A DNA stretch of 64,000 bases from Candidatus Daviesbacteria bacterium (GTDB lineage: Bacteria > Patescibacteriota > Microgenomatia > Daviesbacterales > UBA10151), in NCBI GenBank assembly GCA_016187035.1, contig JACPKL010000012.1:8925-72924 (forward strand), given 5' to 3'. The first letter of the stretch is position 1; the number at the start of each line of letters is the position of its first letter. The notes below the pieces were generated by a model. It searched no databases and had not been told where the DNA came from. It was given only the letters and a program-made list of their open reading frames with translations. Shown here piece by piece: positions 18,001-26,184 of the stretch. The position numbers were made by a program, and so were the translations under genes.

Positions 18001-19694
18001 GTGGCATCAGAGGTGCAAGTTGAGCCGGACAGCGTCCCTTCACAAAATGTATCCCAGGAATTTACCTGGGCATTGGAATAAGCAGAGGTGGTATATATAG
18101 AATATGTACCCTGCTTGGATAAAGTAAAATCATCCACTTTGACTGTTTTACCGGCTTTAACTAACAGTCCTGCATCAACAGAAGAAGCAACTCCGGTAAT
18201 TGTGCCTGTGAGCTTATACCAGCCTGTTGATCCTGCTTCAGCAGTATAGGTTGTGGTAACAGTTGAGCCATTATAGTAAAGCTGGGCAACTGTAGTATCA
18301 ATAGCAGCTCCTGAGTTATAATAGGCATAGACAGAGAGATCATAGGTTGAGGTATCCCCAACATTTATAGACTGGTAGACTTTCCCATCAGATACAGAGC
18401 CTATAGTTATGGTATTTCCACCGGCGGCTGACCGGCCGGAAGTAGAGGAAAAAGATTGGGAGATTGCTACGGGATCACTGGCGCAGCGAAAGCCAATGTT
18501 GCCGTTCGTATCGCTAGGCGCATTGTACAGAAGCAACGTAAAGGCTCCTGCGTTGGCGCCATCATTCCAATCGCCACCGCGGAGGAAACCATTATTTAAA
18601 GCTCCACCATACACTTGGCCCATGCCCTGGGCAGATAGGTAAGAGGCAGAAGAGGGGCCGTAAAGAGCCAGGGCTCCTGTTTGGATATTGGCATGGTTCC
18701 ACTCCACCCAGCCTGCAGTAGTATCAATGGCAGAGGATTGGATATCATTGGTCCATTCCCAAACATTGCCCGCAATATCCCAGATATATGCTCCGTTGGA
18801 AAGGGTAAAGACTCTTTTTTGGTTGCCTGCTGTGGCTGACTGGCCGCTTGAGGTATTGGTGGGGCAGGCAGAGGGAGCTTCAGTAGTGCCGGCTGAATCA
18901 GTGTAAGCGCAGGCATTATTGCCGGTGTCGGTGGTTGAGGCAACCCTGGCTAAGGCCGGGGAGTTGTCATTGTGGCCGGCATACAGATAGCCTGAGTTAA
19001 CGCTGCCGCCTGACCAGTTAGAGCCTTGGGCTTCGGCGTTGCGGGTAATAGTCATCCACTCGTTGTTGGTTTGCAGATGGGCAGCTGTGGAGCCAACAGT
19101 TACAGCAGAGCAGCGGGTAACAGAGGTGGTTTGGGAAATATTGGCAATAGGGTAGCCTGAGGCAACTGATACTACAGCCCTGGAGTTGGCAGAGGTACAG
19201 GCTGCGGTGTTATCCGGCCAGGTTCTGTAGCCGGTATCAGAGGTGGTTAAACCGGTGGTTAAATCTGAGGTGGCAGCACACTTGGCTTCATACTTTTGGA
19301 TTAAAAAGTTGGTGGTGGAAAAGGTGGCATTACCAGGCACTTCTACCCATCCAGAAGGAGGAACAGCTGCTACAGACCAGGAGGTGTTGTTAGAGGCAAA
19401 GGCTGGATTGGAGAGTTTGTTAACCCCTGAAACCGGGTGGGCGCCGGTATTGTCTACTGTGATTAGGGAAGTATCATAAGTATAGTTGGCAGCAGTAGAG
19501 GCATTAAAAGCCCAGTTTTTATTGGTGTCATTTAGGGCAAAGATCTTAGGCAATAGGTACTCGTTAGTTAAGTACCCAAAGGTAAAGAGGATGCCAGCGG
19601 AGAAAGCTACAAAAAGGCAAAGGTTAAACTGCCATTTGGCAATGGTGATTTTTTTGGTAAAAAAGTTGTGTACAATGTATCTAACAAATCTCAT
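15054..19694 (-). CDS. DGR target: large S/T-rich surface protein with N-terminal TM, FGE-sulfatase/C-type-lectin-fold domain and FN3/Ig-like repeats
   Basis: DIAGNVWEW and RGG.W...GFRC motifs; FN3-like TWTT..YG..LTGLTAGTTYYY repeats; contains the VR. Confidence 0.9.
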   Translation of the reverse strand: MRFVRYIVHNFFTKKITIAKWQFNLCLFVAFSAGILFTFGYLTNEYLLPKIFALNDTNKNWAFNASTAANYTYDTSLITVDNTGAHPVSGVNKLSNPAFASNNTSWSVAAVPPSGWVEVPGNATFSTTNFLIQKYEAKCAATSDLTTGLTTSDTGYRTWPDNTAACTSANSRAVVSVASGYPIANISQTTSVTRCSAVTVGSTAAHLQTNNEWMTITRNAEAQGSNWSGGSVNSGYLYAGHNDNSPALARVASTTDTGNNACAYTDSAGTTEAPSACPTNTSSGQSATAGNQKRVFTLSNGAYIWDIAGNVWEWTNDIQSSAIDTTAGWVEWNHANIQTGALALYGPSSASYLSAQGMGQVYGGALNNGFLRGGDWNDGANAGAFTLLLYNAPSDTNGNIGFRCASDPVAISQSFSSTSGRSAAGGNTITIGSVSDGKVYQSINVGDTSTYDLSVYAYYNSGAAIDTTVAQLYYNGSTVTTTYTAEAGSTGWYKLTGTITGVASSVDAGLLVKAGKTVKVDDFTLSKQGTYSIYTTSAYSNAQVNSWDTFCEGTLSGSTCTSDATHSGNASITYQICLDDGSSCSYTTGSRWQYYTAGAWANATDATSTYTNTPAQLTQAAMQALSITSQKISVKAILAFGGADTPLLPNISIGLTTDTTVPATNASSIAMTRSNGGTTVASNGWTNNSSPYFSWTAGADNSGGSGLKGYCLYLGADSDGDPATSKGLLGTTIVSTSGTTCQFITSSTSIDFATTSYRGSTWLSTSSSPYYLNIKAIDNSGNLFATSASFQFKFDNTAPTNTTYISCASGNFSNVVDMSFNWPTSGSSASSDSNSNLLGWQYQINSTSGTWLGTTTDTATGLTYMPTSATSRTLTVAQDNSSIVSGTNVIYFRTADIAGNTSSDGTIRTCNISYGGAAPSFLGTDTVTVTPSTSTSNSYALSWPAATPTSGQTVAHYYYMINTAPPSTYATITGNTSTYIDNGTTRTVSAAALASVNKGSNTVYVVAVDNASTPNYSPSNYITGTFTLNSTDPDNVGNLVASDSSIKSTSTWNATLTWTAPTYQGAGNLTYRVYRSTDNSTFSLTGTTTGLSYVDNTPSSAKYYYKIYTRDGASADSSGTNAVSITPTGKWTSAPTLSTGPSAGSITTKKSTITWTTSRSADSKIQYGTTSGSYGSVEPSNSDQVSSHSIQLTGLTAGTTYYYKAKWTDEDGNTGTSDEKSFATSSAPTVKDVSAKNIGLTSGIIQFTSKDASKVKIYYGKTTSFGGSKEISTSTSETTYTAELTGLDDGAKYYYKINTFDSDNSEYEGTVLDFTTLPRPKISGVRIQQVANTAQSTILVSWTTNTEVSSIVTYYPEGKPQDARDEVNVALTKGEHKMIVRSLLPQTDYILVVKGRDKIGNEASSDSQRLTTATDTRPPAISDLNVEGSNIPPVSGTAQEQTAQLVVSWNSDEPSTTQVEFGEGTGVSYAQKTQEDSNLTFNHLVIISNLTPSKVYHLRAISKDKAGNLGNSIDTVTITPKATENALNLVITNLQEAFGFLGGIGK
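18473..18592 (-). repeat. DGR variable repeat (VR), about aa 368-408 of target
   Basis: 110/120 identical to TR; all 10 differences at TR adenines (coding strand). Confidence 0.97.
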
Positions 19695-19719
19695 TTCACA
19701 CTTTCTATACTATCGGCTA

Positions 19720-19799
19720 TTGACAAATTAGCTACTCTTTGCTAGTATTAAGCTACTAAACTCTCCTGCAAGGCCGAAAGGTGTTTGCAGGATTTTTTT
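19720..19799 (+). ncRNA. candidate small RNA unit convergent with NYN gene
   Basis: TTGACA-17nt-TAGTAT (19720-19748); TCCTGCAA/TTGCAGGA stem with GAAA loop; T7 tract. Confidence 0.55.
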
Positions 19800-19810
19800 A
19801 TCTGTATTTT

Positions 19811-20350
19811 TTATTTTTCCTTCACAAACGATAAGATATTCTGTTTGGTAAGCAATGTGTATTTTGAACAGACGTTAATAAGCGCATAGCTGCGTTGGTG
19901 AGAAAAGCCAACATACTCCAGTATTTTCCTTTTCTCTATGGCTTTTTTAATAGCTGGCAGGAGATCTGTATCAGAGGATATGAGAATAATTCTTGTACAT
20001 AGGTTTTCATAAGCAGCAACCAAAATATCTACGGCTATATTTACATCTACACCCTTTTCGTGATAGACACCGTCAGATTTTAAAAGATAACCCAGAGAGT
20101 AATTAATATTATGTTTTTTGAGATGTTCGAATAGTTTTTGTTGATTGGCAAGCATCTTTTTGCCTTTTTCGCTTTGAGGGTTAGTGCTTACCTTGCCAAC
20201 ATAATATGTAGCGTGAACTATTTCTTCGTTATTGGCTAACATTTTGACAAACCCGGAAAAGTTAAAATTGAGCAAATTATGAAGGTCTAGCCCCTTCAGC
20301 TTAAAATAGAAGTTGCTGCCGTCTATAAGTACAATGCATTTATTTTTCAT
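19811..20350 (-). CDS. NYN domain protein inside the DGR locus
   Basis: LIDGSNFY, EKGVDV and SSDTDL motifs. Confidence 0.9.
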   Translation of the reverse strand: MKNKCIVLIDGSNFYFKLKGLDLHNLLNFNFSGFVKMLANNEEIVHATYYVGKVSTNPQSEKGKKMLANQQKLFEHLKKHNINYSLGYLLKSDGVYHEKGVDVNIAVDILVAAYENLCTRIILISSDTDLLPAIKKAIEKRKILEYVGFSHQRSYALINVCSKYTLLTKQNILSFVKEK

Positions 20351-20388
20351 TTTCTACATAAAACACAGAGGAATTACCCCTGTATAAA

Positions 20389-21450
20389 CTATGGCAAATT
20401 CTGATCAAAAAGGCAAGTTTTAAGATGATAAGCATTGGCATAATTTAAGTGTCCGGCAAAAGAACTTTTCATCAGGTCTAAGGATTTTTGGCTCACTTGC
20501 CCTTTTTGGACCGCCTTTTCCTTCTTTTTAAGTTTTCTCTGAAACCTTCGCAGGGTTGATCCCCGAACTAATACATGGTCATAAAAAGTCCGGTAACCAA
20601 CGAAAGCCACACCGTTTTTAGTATTTTGGATAACAGATTTTTTAGGATGAAGGGTAAGCCTTAGGTTATCCCAAAGAAATACTCTTACTTTTTCTTTAAT
20701 CTGTTTGAGGTGTTCCTTATCCGGGTGGATAATATAAAAATCATCCATGTATCTGCCATACCAGTGTTCTCTTAAGTTTTCCTTAACAAAATGGTCCAGC
20801 TCGTTTAAATAAACATTGGCAAACAGCTGGGAGGTTAAATTGCCAATCGGCAAGCCTTTTCTTTCCTCAATTGAAATAACCTCTTTTGGCAAGCCCTGGA
20901 TTTTATTCCTGTTTAAGAAAACTTTATGGGTGGTGATGACTGTTAAGATCAACTCCTTAATTTTGGGATCAGTTATTTTCTTTTCAATTAGTTTAATTAA
21001 AATATCCCAGGAAATGGAAGGAAAAAACTTGGTAATATCACATTGGAGGATATATAACTGCTTTTCTCTACCATAAACAGAACGGGCAGCCTGGAGGAAC
21101 TTTTTTAATCTGCTTTTGGCAAAATGGGTTCCTCTGCCTTTTCTGCAGGCATAGGCATCTTCGATAAAGGCTTTGTCAAATAAAGGTTCGATAACAGATA
21201 CCAAGCCGTGGTGGAAAACCCTATCCCTAAAGTTTGGAGCAGCCACATGTCTTGTCTTAGGATCAGTTACCACAAAGTAAGTATATGGATAAGGGGAGTA
21301 ATGGTTGGTTAAAAGCTCCCATCTCAGTTTAAACAAATTGTCTTCCAGGAAAAGGTCAAATTTACACACCTGCCTTTTATAGCGATTATCACGTCTGGCT
21401 AAGCGGTAAGAATTTAATAAATGTTCAAAATTGCAAAGAGTATTAAACAT
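20389..21450 (-). CDS. DGR reverse transcriptase
   Basis: GLPIGNLTSQLFAN (DGR-type SQ), RYMDD, FRDRV; 353 aa with no maturase/endonuclease domain; adjacent TR and avd. Confidence 0.96.
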   Translation of the reverse strand: MFNTLCNFEHLLNSYRLARRDNRYKRQVCKFDLFLEDNLFKLRWELLTNHYSPYPYTYFVVTDPKTRHVAAPNFRDRVFHHGLVSVIEPLFDKAFIEDAYACRKGRGTHFAKSRLKKFLQAARSVYGREKQLYILQCDITKFFPSISWDILIKLIEKKITDPKIKELILTVITTHKVFLNRNKIQGLPKEVISIEERKGLPIGNLTSQLFANVYLNELDHFVKENLREHWYGRYMDDFYIIHPDKEHLKQIKEKVRVFLWDNLRLTLHPKKSVIQNTKNGVAFVGYRTFYDHVLVRGSTLRRFQRKLKKKEKAVQKGQVSQKSLDLMKSSFAGHLNYANAYHLKTCLFDQNLP

Positions 21451-21698
21451 AAAATACCGGTATTAACTTATGAGCCCGCCTAACTTATAAGCGGGCTCAA
21501 TGTCTCGTCCCTTATCTAAATTTATCCTATTTACCTTCCATCCCTTTTGTAATTTGGGATGCAAGAATACAGGTATTATGTTTTCATAGGCCAAAGACCT
21601 TTGACGGAGAAAGCTCTGTGATCTTTTAAACCCTGGACAGATATCCTTGGATGTCTGCCACTCGTTCTGGCGATAAAGGGACACTTTCTTTTTCTTTT

Positions 21699-21818
21699 GA
21701 TCACTGGCGCAGCGAAAGCCAATGTTGTTGTTCGTATTGCTAGGCGCATTGTTCAGATTCAACGTAAAGGCTCCTGTGTTGGCGCCATTATTCCAATTGC
21801 CACCGCGGATGAAACCAT
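21699..21818 (-). repeat. DGR template repeat (TR)
   Basis: AAY-rich copy of the VR (11 AAY codons, 33 adenines) between avd and RT. Confidence 0.97.
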
Positions 21819-21869
21819 CGGCACAAATGAGAACCTTCCCCATATTTAATATATCAGGTAACAATACTT

Positions 21870-22244
21870 TCATAAAAGAGCTTGTTGTTTTATGCCTTCT
21901 TTGCTTTCCTGGCATTTGACCCAGCCGGTCATTATCCTGCCTATCTCATTTAATTTTTCTGATGCCAGGGTATACTGCTTAACACTCATAAGTCTTAAAT
22001 CCTTAGTCAAACGGGTTAAAATCCGTAAACAATCCAGTTCATCTGAAATATTTTGCTGCATGACAGCTCTTTCCTGTCCCCTGGATTTATTGGCTTTAAT
22101 TAACAGTAAAAGTATAGATATGCAAAGTTCCTCCAGGTGTTTTCCTACGACCATTCTATGACTTTTCGGAATTCGGTTGATAACCGGAAACAGCCAGACC
22201 ACTAAATCATAGAATTTTTGGTAAATAATTAGTTGGTCAGCCAT
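21870..22244 (-). CDS. avd: accessory variability determinant (Avd, four-helix bundle); start re-called at ATG 22244
   Basis: LIIYQKFYDL...IPKSHR...LRILTRL...EIGRIMTGW pattern; position upstream of TR. Confidence 0.9.
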   Translation of the reverse strand: MADQLIIYQKFYDLVVWLFPVINRIPKSHRMVVGKHLEELCISILLLLIKANKSRGQERAVMQQNISDELDCLRILTRLTKDLRLMSVKQYTLASEKLNEIGRIMTGWVKCQESKEGIKQQALL

Positions 22245-22255
22245 AAAAAATCCAA

Positions 22256-22350
22256 TGTCATTCCGTGCTTGACACGGAATCCATATAATATGGATCCCCG
22301 CCTCCCCCACAAGGGGACTGGCTTCTTCGAAGCGTCGCGCGGGAATGACA
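22256..22350. repeat. family A repeat dimer upstream of avd
   Basis: TGTCATTCCGTGCTTGACACGGAATCCA + TGGATCCCC...GGGAATGACA. Confidence 0.9.
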
Positions 22351-22429
22351 CTGGAAAAAACTGAATTCATACCAAGATTAGCCCGTATTATCAAGCTATT
22401 CTTGATATTGAGAACCCAGGCGACTCACT

Positions 22430-22514
22430 TGGTGCTGGTGAAGGGAGTCGAACCCTTACGGGCATAGCCCACTCGCTCTTAAGGCGAGCGCGTATACCAT
22501 TCCGCCACACCAGC
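22430..22514 (-). tRNA. tRNA-Leu(TAA)
   Basis: cloverleaf with long variable arm; CTCGC-CT-TAA-GA-GCGAG; encoded CCA. Confidence 0.95.
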
Positions 22515-22641
22515 GCTAGTGTATTTTATCATAAATTTTGGGGGGTTGACATATGCTTTCCAGGGGTGGACAATAATCTTAGAAAATCTCATTACCGGCA
22601 GAATTAGGTAAGAGATTTTTCTAAATTTAACAAGGTTCACC

Positions 22642-23100
22642 ATGGAAAAGATAATAAACGGTAATGGACATACTAATGGAAATAGGCACTGTAAACCTAC
22701 TTTCCTTGAGAAAATCTCTGTTAAAATGACAGACTGGGTTGGCACCCCCTGGTCTTTGATCATCCACACCCTGCTTTTTGCAGGGATTTTTAGTTTAAGT
22801 CACTTTGGACTCACAACTAATTACATTTTGCTGGTTTTAACTACAACTGTTTCCCTAGAAGCTATTTATTTATCCATTTTTATCCAAATGAGTGTAAACA
22901 GAGCTACAGAAAGCCTGGAAGAGGTAGAAGAAGATATTGAGGATATTCAAGAAGAAGCAGATGAAGAAGATAAAGCTCACAGAGTTTTAGTCCATATTAC
23001 TCACCAAATCAAAGCTATCCAGCAGGATTTGAATGCTTTAAAAAGAAGCGGGTCTTTCAAATCTAGCCTTAATAATCACAAAATCCATCACAGATCTTAA
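22642..23100 (+). CDS. DUF1003-like membrane protein
   Basis: WVGT..S...H and LTTTVSLEAIYLSIFIQMSVNR motifs. Confidence 0.75.
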   Translation: MEKIINGNGHTNGNRHCKPTFLEKISVKMTDWVGTPWSLIIHTLLFAGIFSLSHFGLTTNYILLVLTTTVSLEAIYLSIFIQMSVNRATESLEEVEEDIEDIQEEADEEDKAHRVLVHITHQIKAIQQDLNALKRSGSFKSSLNNHKIHHRS

Positions 23101-23117
23101 TTTTTGTGAAGATTCAG

Positions 23118-23405
23118 TTAAAGGTTTTGCAGGTCCTGATCAATTGAGGTGAAATCCGCATCTGGTTGCGGAATATCCACAGCATCTAATTGTTGATTTA
23201 GGTTGTCTACATTCTCTGCAGCTGATTGGTCACCGGCTATTGGTTGAGATTGTTGGTTACTGCTAGATTGCTGTTTTCCTAAATACCAATAGATCCCCCC
23301 AACTGCTGCAAATATCACTACTATTCCAACTAGCAGCAATATTATAGTTGATTTATTGTTATTGGCTTCAACTTTTGGTTGAACGATTGGATTATTGTTT
23401 TCCAC
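23118..23405 (-). CDS. hypothetical single-TM protein
   Basis: TM helix plus acidic tail; overlaps upstream gene. Confidence 0.65.
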   Translation of the reverse strand: MENNNPIVQPKVEANNNKSTIILLLVGIVVIFAAVGGIYWYLGKQQSSSNQQSQPIAGDQSAAENVDNLNQQLDAVDIPQPDADFTSIDQDLQNL

Positions 23406-24108
23406 TATTTGTTCCTTCCTTTACCATAACACCACTCTTAGCTGTTCTGATAGCATTAGCCACAGCTTGTTTTGCATCTATGACTTGTTTCCTGACTGAA
23501 ATTAAGTCTGTACGAAGCTGAGTTCTGGCAGTTTGAGCATCTGCTTTTACTTTAGGCTCTGAGGTGATCTGAAGAGTATAATCTTTTTCTGCTTGGGCAT
23601 TTACTGCTGCTAATGCTGAGGCAATCTTACTGCGGGCATCTGCTATAGAATTTTTAGCTACTTGTGGATCTTTTATATCAGCAGACTTTTTATTCACCCT
23701 GGCTTCTAATTTATCTAACAGGGTAGTCATTAATCCTAAATGTCTTTTCATTTGTGCTGTTTGATTTTGATTGACCTTATTCAAATTAGTATTAACTCTG
23801 TCTACTATCTCTGCTTTCCTTTTATCTTTAAAGATAAGAAGTTTATTTTTAAAATTTGCTTCTCTTGAGGCAATTTTTGCCTTTACTGGTCCTATTCTAT
23901 TCTGTATATTTTCTTTTTTAACCTCTGCTGCTTGCTGGATATTTGCTTTTCGAGCTTCTGCGGCTGGCCTAAGCTGTTCTTTTTTTGCTGGAGCAGTACT
24001 GGTTGAAGCTTCTTGGGCAATGGCAGGATAAGCTATAATAGCGGCAAGAATAATTGTAATTAGGATACTGATGGTTTTAGGAATGTTTAATTTGACTGTA
24101 GCAACCAC
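23392..24108 (-). CDS. secreted coiled-coil hypothetical protein
   Basis: signal peptide and K/A-rich helical body. Confidence 0.7.
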   Translation of the reverse strand: MVATVKLNIPKTISILITIILAAIIAYPAIAQEASTSTAPAKKEQLRPAAEARKANIQQAAEVKKENIQNRIGPVKAKIASREANFKNKLLIFKDKRKAEIVDRVNTNLNKVNQNQTAQMKRHLGLMTTLLDKLEARVNKKSADIKDPQVAKNSIADARSKIASALAAVNAQAEKDYTLQITSEPKVKADAQTARTQLRTDLISVRKQVIDAKQAVANAIRTAKSGVMVKEGTNSGKQ

Positions 24109-24187
24109 GTATTTTACTTTAACAAAATAACCTTCTGGATGTCAAGCTGCTTTTTTGTAACTATTCAGTTCTTACCAAAACATACAT

Positions 24188-24256
24188 TGTCATTCCCATG
24201 AAAATGGGAATCTATATAAATAAAATTCTGGATTCCCGATCAAGTCGGGAATGGCA
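24188..24256. repeat. family A repeat dimer
   Basis: TGTCATTCCCATGAAAATGGGAATCTA...TGGATTCCCGATCAAGTCGGGAATGGCA. Confidence 0.85.
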
Positions 24257-24385
24257 CTGGTAAATACTGAATACTAACGCTTTTTTGTTTCTTTTTTGTT
24301 AAAATATAATAAGTGTTTTAGATAAAAATTGCACATTGACAAGCGAACGGGTAGGTAATATATACAGTAGTATATAGACTAAATT

Positions 24386-25075
24386 ATGAGAATTAGATTG
24401 CAGGATAGGATATTAGCAAGAGAATATAGAAAGCAAGGGTTTAGTTTTTCAGAAATTATGGCAAAAATTCCCCATCTTTCTAAAAGTACTTTGAATGGTT
24501 GGCTAAAAGATATTGAGCTCACCCAACAGCAAAAGGTGAGATTATTTGAAAAGATAAAAAATGGTCCTAGTAAGTCAAGGTTTAAAGGAGCCCTAGCTAA
24601 TCATCAAAAACGGATTGATATAACTAGATATATCGTAAATACGGCTCGGGAAGAAACAAAAAGTATGATTAATAATTCTTTATTTATATTAGGAACTATG
24701 CTTTATTGGGCAGAAGGCGATAAGTGTCAAGAAAGGGTTGGATTTACAAATTCTGATCCAATGATGATTCTTTTGATGATGAAGTGGTTTAGGGAAATAT
24801 GTGGAGTTTCTGAATCTAAATTTAGGATTTTCTTAGCTATTATGACTCTTCATGATGAAAATGGATCAAAAATTTTTTGGTCACGAATTACTAATATACC
24901 ATTAAGTCAATTTAATAAAATCAGGATTAAACAAACCCCCTTAAAAGGTAAAAGAAATCCATCTTATATGGGTACATGTAGAATAGTAGTTTCAGATAAA
25001 AACCTATTTCGAAAAATAATGGGATGGAAATTAGGAATTTTGGAAAATTATAATATATCTGCGCCCATAGCTTAA
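24386..25075 (+). CDS. HTH plus LAGLIDADG-like protein overlapping tRNA-Arg
   Basis: GFSFSEI...SKSTLNGW HTH; LYWAEGDK and FTNSDP motifs. Confidence 0.65.
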   Translation: MRIRLQDRILAREYRKQGFSFSEIMAKIPHLSKSTLNGWLKDIELTQQQKVRLFEKIKNGPSKSRFKGALANHQKRIDITRYIVNTAREETKSMINNSLFILGTMLYWAEGDKCQERVGFTNSDPMMILLMMKWFREICGVSESKFRIFLAIMTLHDENGSKIFWSRITNIPLSQFNKIRIKQTPLKGKRNPSYMGTCRIVVSDKNLFRKIMGWKLGILENYNISAPIA

Positions 25076-25133
25076 TGGATAAAGCAAGCGCGTTCTAAGC
25101 GTTAGACTGGGGGTTCGAATCCCTCTGGGCGTA
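25061..25133 (+). tRNA. tRNA-Arg(TCT)
   Basis: cloverleaf; anticodon TCT; GGTTCGAATCC T-arm. Confidence 0.92.
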
Positions 25134-25190
25134 CAATAGAAAATCAGGGAAGGGAAAGGCTTTGTTCAACTTCCGATATTCTTCCTTATA

Positions 25191-25218
25191 TAGATTCCGT
25201 GTCAAGCACGGAATGACA
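25191..25218. repeat. family A repeat monomer
   Basis: reverse complement matches 22256-22283 at 27/28. Confidence 0.85.
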
Positions 25219-25308
25219 AGGTATTGGTAAAAACTGAATAGTTACCTGTTTCTTTCTTGACAGTTCACCATTATTTAGTTAATCTGAAACTATACAAAGA
25301 AAACCCAA

Positions 25309-26018
25309 ATGCAAAGAGGGATTGCTACTTTTACACTAGACTGGGGTACTTGTCCCAAATGGCTGTTTGACAGAATGGTCAGGCTGGGAAAAGAGATGAC
25401 CAGAGTATTGGTTGAGGAATATGGCCCTGATGAATTTATCAAAAGAATCTCAGACCCTGTTTGGTTTCAGTCTTTAGGGACAGTGCTGGCTTTTGACTGG
25501 AATGCCTCAGGTTTGACTACTATTTTAACAGCAGCTTTAAAAGAAGCTATCAGGGGACAGGAAAAGGAGTTATGGCTAATAACCTGGTATATAACTCTAG
25601 GATGTCAGCTGGTATTCTGAAAACATTGATGATCTGATTGTAGAACCACACTCAGGTATAGCTACCCAGATACCCCAATCCTCCACTCAGCACAGAGCTA
25701 GTAACAGATGGCTACCGGACACTTTTAAAAGATATAGAGCTTTTAAGAAAACATTATTCAAAGTACAGCAAAATGATGAAGGTTTCTGTTAATGGAGAAG
25801 AAACTACATTATTAAATCTTTCCCACAATGAATTTAAACACCACCCGGTTGAGCAGGAAGATTTTTGGGACAGTCCTTATTTGATGAAAATTCTGCAAAA
25901 GCTTATCTCTCTTCAGCCTGAAAATTATGAAAAATTATTAGCTACAAAGGGTGTTGGACCTAAAACTATCAGGGCTTTAAGCTTGGTATCTGAGATAATT
26001 TATGGGGCAGCCCCTTGA
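25309..26018 (+). pseudogene. DUF763 family pseudogene
   Basis: PKWLFDRM..SDPVWFQSLGTVLAFDWNASG fragment and LLATKGVGPKTIRALSLVSE fragment split by stops/frameshifts. Confidence 0.8.
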
Positions 26019-26109
26019 GACATTAAAACAAGTGGTAATAAAATCCAAAATTAATCCTATTGAAAAAGACAAAGTTTTAAAAAGACTAATGTGATATTAT
26101 TTAGTTTAT

Positions 26110-26184
26110 GCGGGTGTAATTCAGCGGTAGAATGTCACTTTTCCAAAGTGAACGTCAGGGGTCCAACTCCCCTCACCCGCTCCA
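26110..26184 (+). tRNA. tRNA-Gly(TCC)
   Basis: TCACT-TT-TCC-AA-AGTGA anticodon arm; CCA end; atypical T-loop (GTCCAAC). Confidence 0.88.

Noticed and set aside
15325..19731. many plus-strand ORFs over the target gene (also over eno, pyk, ppsA and the permeases)
   Set aside because: Antisense shadows of well-supported genes with no motifs.
20389..21450. RT as group II intron, retron or CRISPR-associated RT
   Set aside because: SQ motif, short length, avd and a TR/VR pair identify a DGR.
21463..21915. 150-aa ORF containing GFIRGGNWNN...GFRC
   Set aside because: It is the TR read in frame; AAY codons keep it open. Not a second target gene.
22245..22394. N-terminal 50 aa of the avd ORF
   Set aside because: Translation of a palindromic repeat; Avd-like sequence begins at MADQLIIYQK.
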